DNA of 64,000 nucleotides from Pavona decussata (Eukaryota): NCBI GenBank assembly GCA_977016875.1, contig CDRNST010000339.1, positions 1,426,001 to 1,490,000 of the forward strand, read 5' to 3'. Shown piece by piece: positions 1 to 11,621 of this stretch (position 1 is its first letter; each line of letters starts with the position of its first letter). The notes under the pieces were generated by a model. It saw only the letters and a program-made list of their open reading frames with translations, ran no database searches and was not told where the DNA came from. The position numbers and the translations under genes were made by a program.

Positions 1-349
1 ACAGCGATCACGATCCCTAACATAGAAAAATTTCTATCTCGACGATCGTAGAGATCGGTGTTGCGCGATCGTAGCGATCATAGCGATCAAAACGACTTTA
101 TGAGAATTGGTTTCTGTGATCGTAGCAATCGTAGTGACTGGAAATATCCCATAAGTCATTACAACATTGGACTTTGTATCCTATAATTCAACACGAAAAC
201 ATAAGTTCAGAAACATGTTAGCGATCGTAGCGATCATATGAGAATCAAAGCAATCGTTACGATCGTTATCATCGCTGGGATCGCTGGTCGCATTTTGCAG
301 CGATCATAGCGATCGTAACGATCGTAGCGATTATATGAGAACCAGCCTA
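1..349. mobile_element. Right end of a MITE built from GCGATCGTAGCGATC-type sub-repeats (PIF/Harbinger-like terminus), truncated by window edge
   Basis: Many (A/G)CGATCGT/AGCGATC repeats ending in ...TATATGAGAACCAGCCT; left terminus lies outside the window. Confidence 0.5.
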
Positions 350-1401
350 CACCCAACAAGCGCAAGTGGAATAATTGTTGAATATTCACCGAATCGGAGG
401 TGCATGGATAGTGCTAGATATTTACTGAGCCGCGAAGTACCTAGGAAATGTCTAACACTATTCACCGCCGGCGACACTGAGGTGAATAATTGTTTTAGTA
501 CATTAACAATGAACCAGTGGATTAGCAGACCCATTATTCAGTTTTCCATTCTTTGACAAATTGGCAAAAATGTCTTACGCGCTAAATCTAGGAAAATGTC
601 GGGAGATGAATAGCAAATACCATCCCAAGTTTGATAAGCCAATCAGACTCCGCGAAAACCACTATCCACTAGTTTGATGTCATACTACGACACACTTACG
701 GTACTACAAATTGTGTGAGCCGCGTATTCTCCAATGTGAACCCAAAAGAAATGGATGGAAATTATTTTCTTGAGTGCTAAGATGAGGACTTCCGTTAGTT
801 ATAGTTCCCCGAGCTCGCTAACCCCCTGAAGAAAATTGGTTTGCCAAGGTCAAAGAAAACTCTTTGACCTTGGCGGGTGTTAAGAAAAGTTCTCCGTTAA
901 TGGTAAGCTCAAGCTCAAATTTAATCCGAATAAGTAAAGGAGAAAAATGACAAAACAACAAAGTGTGAAATAATAGAGTGTGTGCACGACGGCCATGTTG
1001 GCGGACCGAAACAATACAATGATTTTCCTTTGGGAAATATATTCTGTTTTTATGCAAATATCTTCTATTGTTTTAGGCCGCCGTGCACACACTCTATTTG
1101 AAACCCTCGCGCGCGTGTCACGTGATCACGCCCGCGCAAAGTTCTTCCCAAAGGGGGTAAACTCAATGAATTCAAACAGCTGGATTTGAACCCACGAACT
1201 CAGGAAATTAAGGTATTGTACTTACGGTATTTGAGGGGGGCTCCTGCGGCGAAGTACGAAGTAGGCAGTTCCATGAATTCTCTTAGAAATGACAAACTTA
1301 AGTCTTGGGGTTTGACTTCGTCCAAAAACACTTCGTATCTGCAACACGTTTTTTTGAAACAGTCATGAACAGTACTAAACATTGACGAGAAAAGTGATCA
1401 A

Positions 1402-1532
1402 TTAAGACAACGATGTAAGGTATATGAAATAATTCATATATGAACTGCGGATATAGATGAAAGTGAGAAGTGATCATCGCAGTGAATTTTCCAATTTATG
1501 CAATTGGAAATTGGAAGCCTGAAAAAAATTCA

Positions 1533-1565
<33 letters not shown>

Positions 1566-1782
1566 GTTACCGGTGCGATGCTCTACCAACTGAGCTATGA
1601 AGCCACACATTGGGAGCAAGGTCAATTGTAGGTTCCCATTTTCCCGTGAGAGGAGTGAAACGATGTAAGGTATATGAAATAATTCATATATGAACTGCGG
1701 ATATAGATGAAAGTGAGAAGTGATCATCGCAGTGAATTTTCCAATTTATGCAATTGGAAATTGGAAGCCTGAAAAAAATTCA

Positions 1783-1815
<33 letters not shown>

Positions 1816-2032
1816 GTTACCGGTGCGATGCTCTACCAACTGAGCTATGAAGCCACACATTGGGAGCAAGGTCAATTGTAGGTTCCCATTTTCCCGTGAG
1901 AGGAGTGAAACGATGTAAGGTATATGAAATAATTCATATATGAACTGCGGATATAGATGAAAGTGAGAAGTGATCATCGCAGTGAATTTTCCAATTTATG
2001 CAATTGGAAATTGGAAGCCTGAAAAAAATTCA

Positions 2033-2065
<33 letters not shown>

Positions 2066-2390
2066 GTTACCGGTGCGATGCTCTACCAACTGAGCTATGA
2101 AGCCACACATTGGGAGCAAGGTCAATTGTAGGTTCCCATTTTCCCGTGAGAGGATTCGAATCCCGTTGAAGCCTGAATTTTTTTCAGGCTTCCAATTTCC
2201 AATTGCATAAATTGGAAAATTCACTGCGATGATCACTTCTCACTTTCATCTATATCCGCAGTTCATATATGAATTATTTCATATACCTTACATCGTTTCA
2301 CTCCTCTCACGGGAAAATGGGAACCTACAATTGACCTTGCTCCCAATGTGTGGCTTCATAGCTCAGTTGGTAGAGCATCGCACCGGTAAC

Positions 2391-2423
<33 letters not shown>

Positions 2424-2513
2424 TGAATTTTTTTCAGGCTTCCAATTTCCAATTGCATAAATTGGAAAATTCACTGCGATGATCACTTCTCACTTTCATT
2501 TAAGACAACGATG
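1402..2513. mobile_element. tRNA-derived 250-bp tandem retroelement: ~3 units on minus, then ~1.4 units inverted, with 14-bp target-site duplication
   Basis: Units at 1410-1659, 1660-1909 and 1910-2154 appear identical; inversion junction at 2154/2155; TTAAGACAACGATG at 1402-1415 and 2500-2513. Each unit holds a tRNA-like GGCTTCATAGCTCAGTTGGTAGAGC...GGTTCGAATCCCGTTGAAGCC followed by a T run. Confidence 0.9.
2352..2425 (+). other. tRNA-like (Thr, GGT) module inside the repeat unit; probably not a translational tRNA
   Basis: A-box and B-box intact, but anticodon loop CCGGTAA lacks U33, anticodon stem has an A-C mismatch, and GGT is not the usual eukaryotic Thr anticodon. Confidence 0.7.
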
Positions 2514-3699
2514 CTGTGAAATATAGTGCAGATGATCGGCTAGTGTCACCTATTGCTATCAACAGGCTGATCAAATATCTATTGGTTTTTCAGAAAAATG
2601 GGCAAATGTTTCCCATCAGCGTATTTTATTTGTGATGGAGGCGAAATAAGGCCCTTCATCCTTGATTTCACAGTCTAAAACTTCCCATTGGCGTATATGT
2701 ATTGTTAATAACGGGAGCCATAAAAATGTCTCTAATGAATTGGGCTGTATTCCCTGATAAGACTTGATGCAATTGCGCCTATGACGATTCTCGAATTTTG
2801 TGTTCAATTTTAAAAACACCAAAGTCTGTAGAGCTAGAGGCTGGTTTTTCTCAATTCCGAGAAAATGTTACAGCGATTAGCACCAAGCCAAGATGCTTCA
2901 AGGAGACAGTTCTATATTTGCTCTCGCATGTACAATACAAGTCCACGATATACAACAAGCTTTTTACGATCACTCGTCTGCTAACATTATATTGGAGAAA
3001 ACGTCTCGTTCCTGTGAACCAACAAGATAGTTGCCTGTCTAATATTTTACCTGTTTATATCGACGCTCAGCTGGGCCATATACTGTTGACTTGCACCTGA
3101 CTTAGACTCGCCCCAGGCCGATTTTACGCCTGCGTAGAACCCAAAGTAAGAACCGGACACCCCTGCCTCCATTTGCAGAAAGGACTGGAACTCAGAGCGG
3201 CTCTCAAACGTCACCATGCTAGCTTTAGTGTCGTAAATACCGTGGACGTTCATTGTGTCTGGGACATCGTAATCATCATACCTTATAAATAGAACAAAAT
3301 TCTCTTTACATGCATCTTTCAATAAAGCAACGCGCTACTTGTGTGAACAAAGCGGCTTTGCAAGTTCCAAGTTACTACGCACAACAGAAATAGCAGATGC
3401 CAACACCCCAACCTAGTTACCAGGGCCTGGCAACGAGGTTGTCAGCACCCCTTCCTTTCTTCTGTATCCTCCTTATTCGTCTTGACTTGGCACTTCATTT
3501 ACGCTGGTTTAGTGTGTCTCTTATTACAGGATACTACTTGTTGTGATAAAGGTGACAAAAATGTTAAAAAGTTGAAACTGGAGAATACAATTCTGACTTA
3601 TTCGACGGCTGTGTGATTACAGTTAAATAGCAATCCGAAGTAAAGTAATTTTCTTAACTTACGACATAACACTAAATATTTATGAATTTCAACTGAAAC

Positions 3700-3929
3700 C
3701 AAGAGACTATGAGGTAAGAGAGCGAATCCCCCATACATGCCCCTCTTCCTGTGAAAAATGTTTTCAATCTATTTTTGTTTCGTTGCTATTTTAATGTCGA
3801 CATCTTATTAGTCAGTTAGAGTGACGTCATTTAATTTGAAACTCAAAATAGCATGGTGCGAATTAAAAAAAGATTGAAAATAATTATCATGGGGCACAGG
3901 GATTCACTCTCTTACCTCATAGTCTCTTG
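3700..3929. mobile_element. MITE with ~30-bp terminal inverted repeats
   Basis: CAAGAGACTATGAGGTAAGAGAG ... CTCTCTTACCTCATAGTCTCTTG. Confidence 0.7.
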
Positions 3930-4296
3930 CTTACAATACTAAACAAATTATGTCACTGGCAATATTTGGGGGATGGACATGCAGCTCGCTATAAAATATC
4001 CGGTCGTGTTTTCATGATTCCTGAGGTTTGCAACTACCTATAGCCGATAGTCAAATAATTTAACTTTCGCACGCACAAACTTATATGAATATTTAATAAC
4101 TCTTACGTTGCTTTCCCAGCGCAGCTTCGTTGCACGATGCTCATTTTTCTCGATTCAGGGCTGTACTCACCACGCCCATCAAAACCCACCCCCATGAAGG
4201 CCGCGCCATCAATCATGTTCTGTCGGTCAAAGGTTACATAGACGGGTTAGTGTTACACAGTCTGGGACCATATTCACGAATCACATCCTATGCTAA

Positions 4297-4645
4297 GGGA
4301 CTGTTTACATGGAGGGAGAAAGATTCTAGCACTAGGAAGATCCTAAAAGGCGAAACAACTTTTCGTTTGGTTTACATGCAGAAGTTTCGGTCGGGGTAGT
4401 TACCATTAGTGAGGAAGGAAAAGAAAAAAAAATTGTCGGCCACCGCCATGTTTGTTTTGTTTTTCCCTAGTACTAGGACCTTCCAAGCGAAGGTAATTTA
4501 CATGGTGCTTGGGTCTTTTTATCTCTCAGCTTGAAAGATCCTAGCGCTAGGGCCAAGTACAACCTTTTGCATGTAAACTGAACATATGGCGCTAGGATGA
4601 TCCGCCTAGTGCTAGGATCTTCTTTCCGGCCATGTTAACAGTCCC
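4297..4645. mobile_element. PIF/Harbinger-type MITE inserted in the splice-acceptor region of a MACPF exon
   Basis: TIR GGGACTGTTTACATGG / CCATGTTAACAGTCCC flanked by TAA duplications (4294-4296, 4646-4648). Confidence 0.8.
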
Positions 4646-4669
4646 TAAGACAAATCCTAAGTATTGTCT

Positions 4670-5058
4670 CTTAACAATAGGCTATTGTTAATCCAACAAT
4701 AGGCTATTGTCAATCCAACAATAGACCATTGTTAATCCAACAGTAGCCTATTTTTCAATAGACTTTTGTTAACCCAACAATAGACTATTGTTTCAATAGC
4801 CTATTGTTAATCCAACAATAGGCTATTGTCAATCCAACAAAGACCATTGTTAATCCAACAATAGACTATTTTTTCAATAAGCTATTGTTAACCCAACAAT
4901 AGACTATTGTTTCAATAACCTATCGTTAATCCAACAATAGGCTATTGTTAATTTAACAATAGACTATTGTTAATCCGACAATAGGTTTAATTGTTAATCC
5001 AGCAATAGACCATTGTTAACCCAAAAAAATAGGCCATTGTTAATCCAACAATAGACTT
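4670..5058. repeat. Minisatellite, ~21-bp quasi-palindromic unit (AACAATAGRCTATTGTTAATCC)
   Basis: Numerous degenerate tandem copies visible directly. Confidence 0.9.
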
Positions 5059-5306
5059 TGCCAGGAAACAATATTCAGGATTCCTGATCATTTCATGCAT
5101 ACCAAATATCCGGATAGAATGAATCAAAAACCCGTGAAAACCCATTTTCAACGGCACCTTTCTCGTCACTTTGCCAAATTTAAATTTACGACAGCCCCGT
5201 GTTATAGTGAAAGTGTTCAGCGACGCTCAAATGTTTTGCGAAGGTTTATGACCCTTACAAAGTAAAATATTTCATTCAGACATTTGCCTACGGTCCTATA
5301 TCAAGA

Positions 5307-5377
5307 TAGCCTGCGAACGCAGACGTATTTCCGGAGAGAATCTCGACAGCCGGAAATACGTCTGCGTTCGCAGGCTA
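5307..5377. mobile_element. Tiny hairpin MITE with TAG...CTA termini (Academ-like ends)
   Basis: TAGCCTGCGAACGCAGACGTATTTCCGG / CCGGAAATACGTCTGCGTTCGCAGGCTA; flanks ATATCAAGA / GTATCAAGA (8 of 9 match). Confidence 0.7.
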
Positions 5378-6180
5378 GTATCAAGAAAAAAGGCTGAAAT
5401 TGTTTGGCATCATGAGCCAGAAAAAGCTAAGTTTGGACCTCAAATATAAATGTGTTTGCTTTATGGTGACGACTAAACCTCTGACTACAAATTGATAGTA
5501 ATCCTCTTTTAAAGCTGCTGAATGTTATATGACTGTGCCACGAACAAGCCATTTCCGGGTTGCTTTAAACCTCATTATTAAAACGAGGCTAACTGTAAAG
5601 TTTTTATTGTTTTGAAAATTAGTTTTCATTCATATGCAAACAAAACTAATTTTCATATGAAAAGTTTTGCCATTAGCCTTGCGTCAACAATGAGGCTCAC
5701 AGTAACGCGGAAATAGCTTATTGATTAAAATGACTCATTCCATGTGGTCAGGAGTTGTTGGAACTCAAGATACCAAACAAGCGTCCAAAGTCCACTTTGC
5801 CACGTAGCACGGATCACCTTCCTTGTACCCAGTCCCATAGCAGCCGTTCATCAGTACGTTCCCGAGGCCTGCTGGGTAGCTGTATGCTTGTGGTTCAGCT
5901 TCTTTAGGGGAACCACTGTCATCGCTTATAACTGAATCCAAGTGATATCCAGGAGGTACAAACATGTCTTCTGATTGCCAGCCTTTTTCTGGTACAATAT
6001 CCAGTTTGATCTGCAAATCAACAATAAACTAAGAAGTCACTTTCTTCTTTGACTCACTGGCGCAGACGTTCTTTGACTCGTCTCGTCACGCACTCCTCCG
6101 TAGGGAGAAGTGCGTGACTCGTCACGGAGGAGTGCGTGACGTTACGAGCCAAACAACGTCTAGGTATGAGGCTACTCACG

Positions 6181-6298
6181 GTATGTACTTCATGTATCCC
6201 TTATTATAGTGTATTTAAAATATACCTTTAGAAACCCTTATTTACCCCTGTATACCCTTTGTAAATACACTATAATAGGGGATACATGAAGTACCTAC
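6181..6298. mobile_element. Fold-back MITE with ~9-bp target duplication
   Basis: ~35-bp inverted arms GTATGTACTTCATGTATCCC... / ...GGGATACATGAAGTACCTAC; GCTACTCAC on both sides. Confidence 0.7.
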
Positions 6299-8169
6299 GC
6301 TACTCACTTCCGTGCCGCTGTACAACTAAGCTTGCATTTTTTTCAATTTCTTACGCAATGTAGAAAACAAGACGCTGGATCTTGAGTCAGTAACAATATT
6401 GTGTATGTTTATGATCTCCACGATAAAAAGTTGGAAGTTATTTCTGTTCTTGCACAAATAGCTCTTTTGGCGCATATACACAGGCTCCTTTAACGAAAAA
6501 CTCAAAGTTTTTTGTCCTTCACCAGACGTTACAGTGAGAAAGCTTGGATAGCAAAGAAAAGGGTGCTCTCTAGCGCTGCGCGTTTACGAAGTCGGCGAAG
6601 GGAACGAGAACTTCACAAAAAATTGACGAGAAAAACAATGGCCCTGCGCGTATGTTATAAGTTTGGGTGCATTTATTCGCTATATATACTCTGCAAAACA
6701 ACAACGTGAAATGACCCAATTCAAGGATTTGTGGAGCACGTGAAACACGCGTGGTAATTTTTTCATACTTAAGGAGAGCCTTTCCTACCAGTTCTGTTCC
6801 TAGCTAGTTCGGCCATATTGTACGGGTCGAACGAATTGGACTGGTTAAAATCGCAAAAAAGTTCATGACAAGTGACATGAATTTTTATTTTCAAGCTAGC
6901 GACGTTTTTGTTGGCGTTGCCGCCATAGTTGCTTGAACTCCTACTATAAAAACAAGAGAATTTGAGCAGGGGAACCGTCCGAAACGTTTTACACCTTTTC
7001 ACCGAGCACAAGTTAATCTGACCTCTTTCTTAAGGAAATTTTCCGCCTTTTCCTGTGCCTCATCAATAATCTGCAGCTGTTTATCCACCATTTTGCCCAT
7101 CACTTCAATCCCTTTCTCTACCACAGCACCTTGCACATCAGCTGCAGCAGCGGCAGCCGCTGGTGAATTCAGTCTCACTGGTGCTGACCGTTTGGAGCCT
7201 GGTACCAAGGATGGCGCAGTACTTTTCGTGAATCCTTCTGTCCTTTTGTTCGTGGATCCTTTAATTAGGTGTACAAGAACATTGTTGAGAGAATCATAGG
7301 TAGCGGTTTAGTGGAGTTAGTGGCTTTCATTTAAACCAGCAAAAGCTGAATTGGACCTGCTTGTATAAATATCGCTTGCAAATGAATAAATTTACCACAA
7401 GGAGAATCATAAATTGCTGTAGTTTATAAGTATAAGTATAATTTTATTTTACGTCGAAACGTGGGGAGTAGTCGCCCAGCCTCCCGAGCCAAGGGCTCAC
7501 GTTGAAAACGCTAGACTAACGAAAAATGAAAACATATATAACACATTCAATACTATATAAACAAACACTAATCTAAGTCTAGTAAACAGTATTGATTAAA
7601 AAAGGGTAAAAGTATTTCTATGATGAATCGAGGAATAAGTAAGCTATGCCTAATAATTTACCTACGCATCAACCAATGGGAAGCCAAACTAAACAAATCG
7701 TGACGTGATTGCGAGCATTTTCCCGCGCTTGGCGCTGGTTACTTGTATTTGCTTCGAATTTTGATTGGTTCATTGCGTCGCTTACGTCTGTTGTGATTGG
7801 CCAGAGTAATTGATGTAAAGTTCCTAAAAATAGATATCTCTGAAACTTCTAGAACATTCATTTTTTAATTGTATACATGGCACAAGTCACTGCGGCTTGT
7901 AGCCCAGGAAGCAGATTACTCAAGTAGTTTACTCAGGCAGTTCACTAGAAACAGTGTAAAGGTTACAGGAGAGCCAAGTGCGTGTGAGCTGATCTTTAAA
8001 GTGGCCAACTACCCGTCCTTAATTTCGTCAAGTAGTTGTTGCTAGGTCTTTCAAGTTGCTACCTGTATGCGGAATATATCAAAGAGGCTGCTTGCTGGGT
8101 AAGAAGTAGAGTTTGAATGGTGAGAAGCTGTTAGTTGCGAGGACTACTTGTGGCTAAGATTAATTAAGA

Positions 8170-8405
8170 ATAAATTGGAAATTTCAATCAGTACCCTTAA
8201 CTTCTATGGTTTATCCAATAGTTCTAGGAAGCCTATAGTTAATAAGCCCCCGGCTTCTATATAGGCTTCCTAGCCTTCAACACATTTAATATTGTAAATA
8301 GTCAAGTATGAATATTGTAATAGTAAGAATATTGTGTGTCGTCTATAATGTATTTATGTTGTATTTTTTTGTTAATGGCAAATAAAATTGAATTGAATTG
8401 AATTA
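8170..8405 (+). mobile_element. 3' end of a LINE-like retroelement with (TTGAA)n tail; near-identical copy at ~47025-47260
   Basis: Two dispersed copies sharing a stem-loop (TAGGAAGCCTATA...TATAGGCTTCCTA) and microsatellite tail. Confidence 0.65.
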
Positions 8406-8857
8406 AATGTGCTTGCTACAAACCAGTTAATTCTCTATGATCGAACCGCGCAAAATCGTACCTTGCGGTTTGGCATCGAGGACAACACGATCTCCATTCA
8501 TCAAAGGTGAAGCATTCTTGGCAATAGGCTGAGGACGCTGTGCTTTATTTCCAGCATTCAAAGCAATCGAGGCGAGATTAGGAGTGTTTCCGTGCGCTCC
8601 ATGAACAGAGCTGTGAAGAGCTCGACTCAGCACCGGATTTGATCTTGGATTCGTTACTGGAGCCGTTTTGTAATACTTAGGGACAAATGAAGCTGGATTG
8701 GGCGACGAAACATCCTGTTGTTGCTGATTGTTACTCCATTTTGCGTTTAACACATTTTGGCGTTTTTCTCTGTAGAACGATTTTGACCATCGCCTCTCGT
8801 GGCGGGAGGTGCAAAAAACAGAACCTGATCGAAGAAAATAATAATACCGGTATTAAT

Positions 8858-8859
8858 GA

Positions 8860-8916
<57 letters not shown>
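8858..8916. repeat. (TTGA)n microsatellite
   Basis: Direct reading. Confidence 0.95.
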
Positions 8917-11343
8917 GAGCCCGGTTGTTCGACGTTCAATTTTATGATCATCCATGGTGAAAAGTTTACTTAAGTGTCCAGTTTCTTGTTGTCAGTTCCA
9001 AATTGAAAAAAATTAAGTCACGGACGAATGAAAAGAAACTAATTAAATTTACAAAATTCTTCAATGCTAACTTGGCATTCTGATTCGGTTTGGCGTTTAT
9101 TTTTCAACAATAACAACTGCAATCTTTATTTACCCATGATTTAATAGATGTCACGTGTAACAAATTCATGATGTACAGTAGCCTGCGTAGCAAGAGTTTC
9201 AGGGTAGGGGGAGGGGGTGGGTTGTGCGTATTTTGCTGTCTGAACGCGCGGAAAACTGGGTCGAGAGAGCAAAAAACGGAGGAAGTTTTCTCGCTCTAGT
9301 CCCAGTATCCGCGCGGTCAAACTACCAAAAAGGCACTAGACCCCACTGACACGGTTGCTACGGAGGCTATAGATGCACAGGACTCCGGCCGTCCAAAATA
9401 ACCTATATAGCTAAGGGTTAAAAAGACCAGACGGACAGTGGACAAATATATTCTAGAAGATGAGGTCGGATTTTCACAAACAAACACACAGAGACAGAGA
9501 GACACTGAATGACAGCACACTAAAGAACCATTATGACCAATAGACGCAAGTAAGAACAATGAAACATTTTCTTTGGTTTAACTTGCAAAACTCTAGGGTT
9601 TTAGTTTGTATAATTGCTTGCGCGCCCGGGGAGGGACAATTTTAGATTCTTGTGTTTATGATTGTGCTTACTCTTATGCTTGCCTCGTTGTACGCGTAAC
9701 CGTCTCAAAGACAAAAGATCAAAGCCACGGATCTATTAAACAAAAAGATCTTCCCCTTATGCTAGTGACCCATCCAAAAACAGACCTACATTTTACACTT
9801 ACGAATTGATTGTCTTACCTATCCCAGCTGAGAGAATGAGAAATATGATTGTCGCGTTCATCTGAACCTGCAAAAAGGTTATACGTGACACTGAGAAATA
9901 ACGTACTATATATGCCCTTTCAGTAATGCGTTCTTCAAATTGTACATTCGGCGGCCATAGTCTACGAACAGCTCAGCTTAAGGACGGTGCCTACCAATAA
10001 AGAAGTATTTTTGTGCGGTTTATGATTATGCGGGAAAAGCAGATCTTAGCAAGGGCTGTTGAAATCCAAAAAGAAAATTGGGGGTAACCACGCATTTTTT
10101 AGAGATAATTGAGCAACAATTATTCTAAAGAACAGTAAAATATAAAGCAATTTATGGCGTTTTTGTTTTTGTTTTGTTTTGTTTTGTTTTTTGTTTTTTT
10201 CAAATTGAAGCTTTATCCTGATCTCCGAAAAATGCATGGTTACCCCCATTTTTTATTTATTTGTTTATTTTTTTTATTTCAAGGGCATTTGCTAAGTTCT
10301 GCTTTCTCTGCATAGTTTTAAATCGGGCAAAAATATTCCTGTATTAGTAGGCACCACCTATAGGAAACCCGAGTATCTCGAGATGCGCAGCGTTCTGCGC
10401 AGTAACAAAAGTAAGCAAAAAAAAAAAAAATAGACAGCGAAAAGGAAGAGGGAGAGCAATCATATCTTCCTGTAGACCAAAGTTTTCTTAAGTTGCTGTA
10501 TCTTTTGTCTAAGACCTCGAAGAAATTTGGCCTTTGCTCTGTTGTAGTCTACTGCTCAGGTATCATAATTGCTGGCTGGGCTTTTTGAAAGTTCCAGAGA
10601 CTGGGTGGTGTAGAGGAGGCGGGTTCCATAAAAAAAGGAAAGCCTAATTTTGTTTACACACGGAACACAAAAGAGCTCTCCAGTGAGAAAATCTATTCAA
10701 AGTTATCCATGCGTCCAGGATCGAGTTGGAATTTGGAAGTGTTGTTGTTGTGGAGGGAGGAAAACCAGAGAACTGTGAGCTATAGCTATTCCCAGCTTGT
10801 GTTTACATTCTTGGGTTAAAACCAAGGTATCATGATGTTACCTTGGTCTAATCTGTGTCAAAATTAAAAATAAGTATATTTTCTCGCACATGAGATGGTG
10901 GAACACCAGGTAAACAAACCATTATCAGTTTTGAGAAGCAGGAACTTAAAAAAATCAGCCTATTTTTTGCAAGTCGTAATCCGTTTTCATCCTGGCCTGC
11001 AATCTGTACCTGAAGACTCAAGATTACTTCTAGTATTTTAAAGTTGAGCCAAGCTTTATTTTTGGGTTTCTCTTGATTCCAGTCTGTCTTTTAGAGCTGT
11101 GTAATTCGGTAATTGCTTTGGTTTTGCTTTACTTCGCTCTGTGATTGGCTGACAAAATTCGCGTCATCTTCTCAACCAATGAGAAGCAAACCCAAATCGC
11201 GGCCCGGCCGTTCGTACGCGTTTTCCCGCCCTAAACTCGGCGTCAGTTACATGTATTTGCTTTCAGTTCTGATTGGTTCACTGATTGCGCCGTTTGCGTA
11301 TGTTGTGATTGGCCAGAGCTAGTAATTACTTTGGTATTGGTCT

Positions 11344-11621
11344 TAGAGCGGTTTCCAGTCGTAAAACTAAAACCAAAGTAATTACTCTGGCCAATCACAA
11401 CAGATGTAAACAACACAACGAGCCAATCAGAACTCAAAGCAAATACATGTAACTTGCGCCAAGCGCGGGAAAACGCGTGCGGCCAAAACACGATTGGCTT
11501 TGGTTTGGATTCTCATTGGTTGAGAAAGTGGCGCGAGTTTTGTTAACCAATCACAGAGCGTAGTGATGCAAAACCAAAGCAAACGCGAAATTACTTTCGA
11601 CACTCAATTGAAAACCGCTCT
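11344..11621. mobile_element. MITE family AGAGCGGTTTTC...AAAACCGCTCT; other copies or fragments at ~48212-48503, ~11093-11340, ~7670-7810
   Basis: Inverted termini and shared internal CCAATCA-rich sequence among dispersed copies. Confidence 0.7.

Larger units (their letters stand above)
1226..9861 (-). pseudogene. Secreted MACPF/perforin-like pore-forming protein gene, disabled; 3' exons lie left of the window
   Basis: Phase-compatible exons 9861-9819 (signal peptide MNATIIFLILSAGI), 8824-8462, 7258-7023, 6010-~5740, 4287-4107, 3281-3051, 1338-1226. Joined translation includes MGVGFDGRGEYSPESRKMSIVQRSC, F..EAGVSGSYFGFYAGVKSAWG and LSLSFLREFMELPTSY, typical of the MACPF N-half. Lesions: TGA at 5765-5767, no canonical GT donor at ~5738-5740, 1-bp deletion at ~4244. 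Confidence 0.8.

Noticed and set aside
1530-2426. Four repeated 65-68 aa ORFs
   Set aside because: Translations of the repeat unit running through a tRNA-like sequence; no coding features
1409-2500. Regularly spaced repeats as a CRISPR array or functional tRNA-Thr cluster
   Set aside because: Whole 250-bp units are identical with no unique spacers, the context is eukaryotic with no cas genes, and the tRNA module has a non-canonical anticodon arm
5765-5767. In-frame TGA as selenocysteine or read-through in the MACPF gene
   Set aside because: The same region has a broken donor and a downstream frameshift, and no SECIS can be assessed; pseudogenisation is simpler
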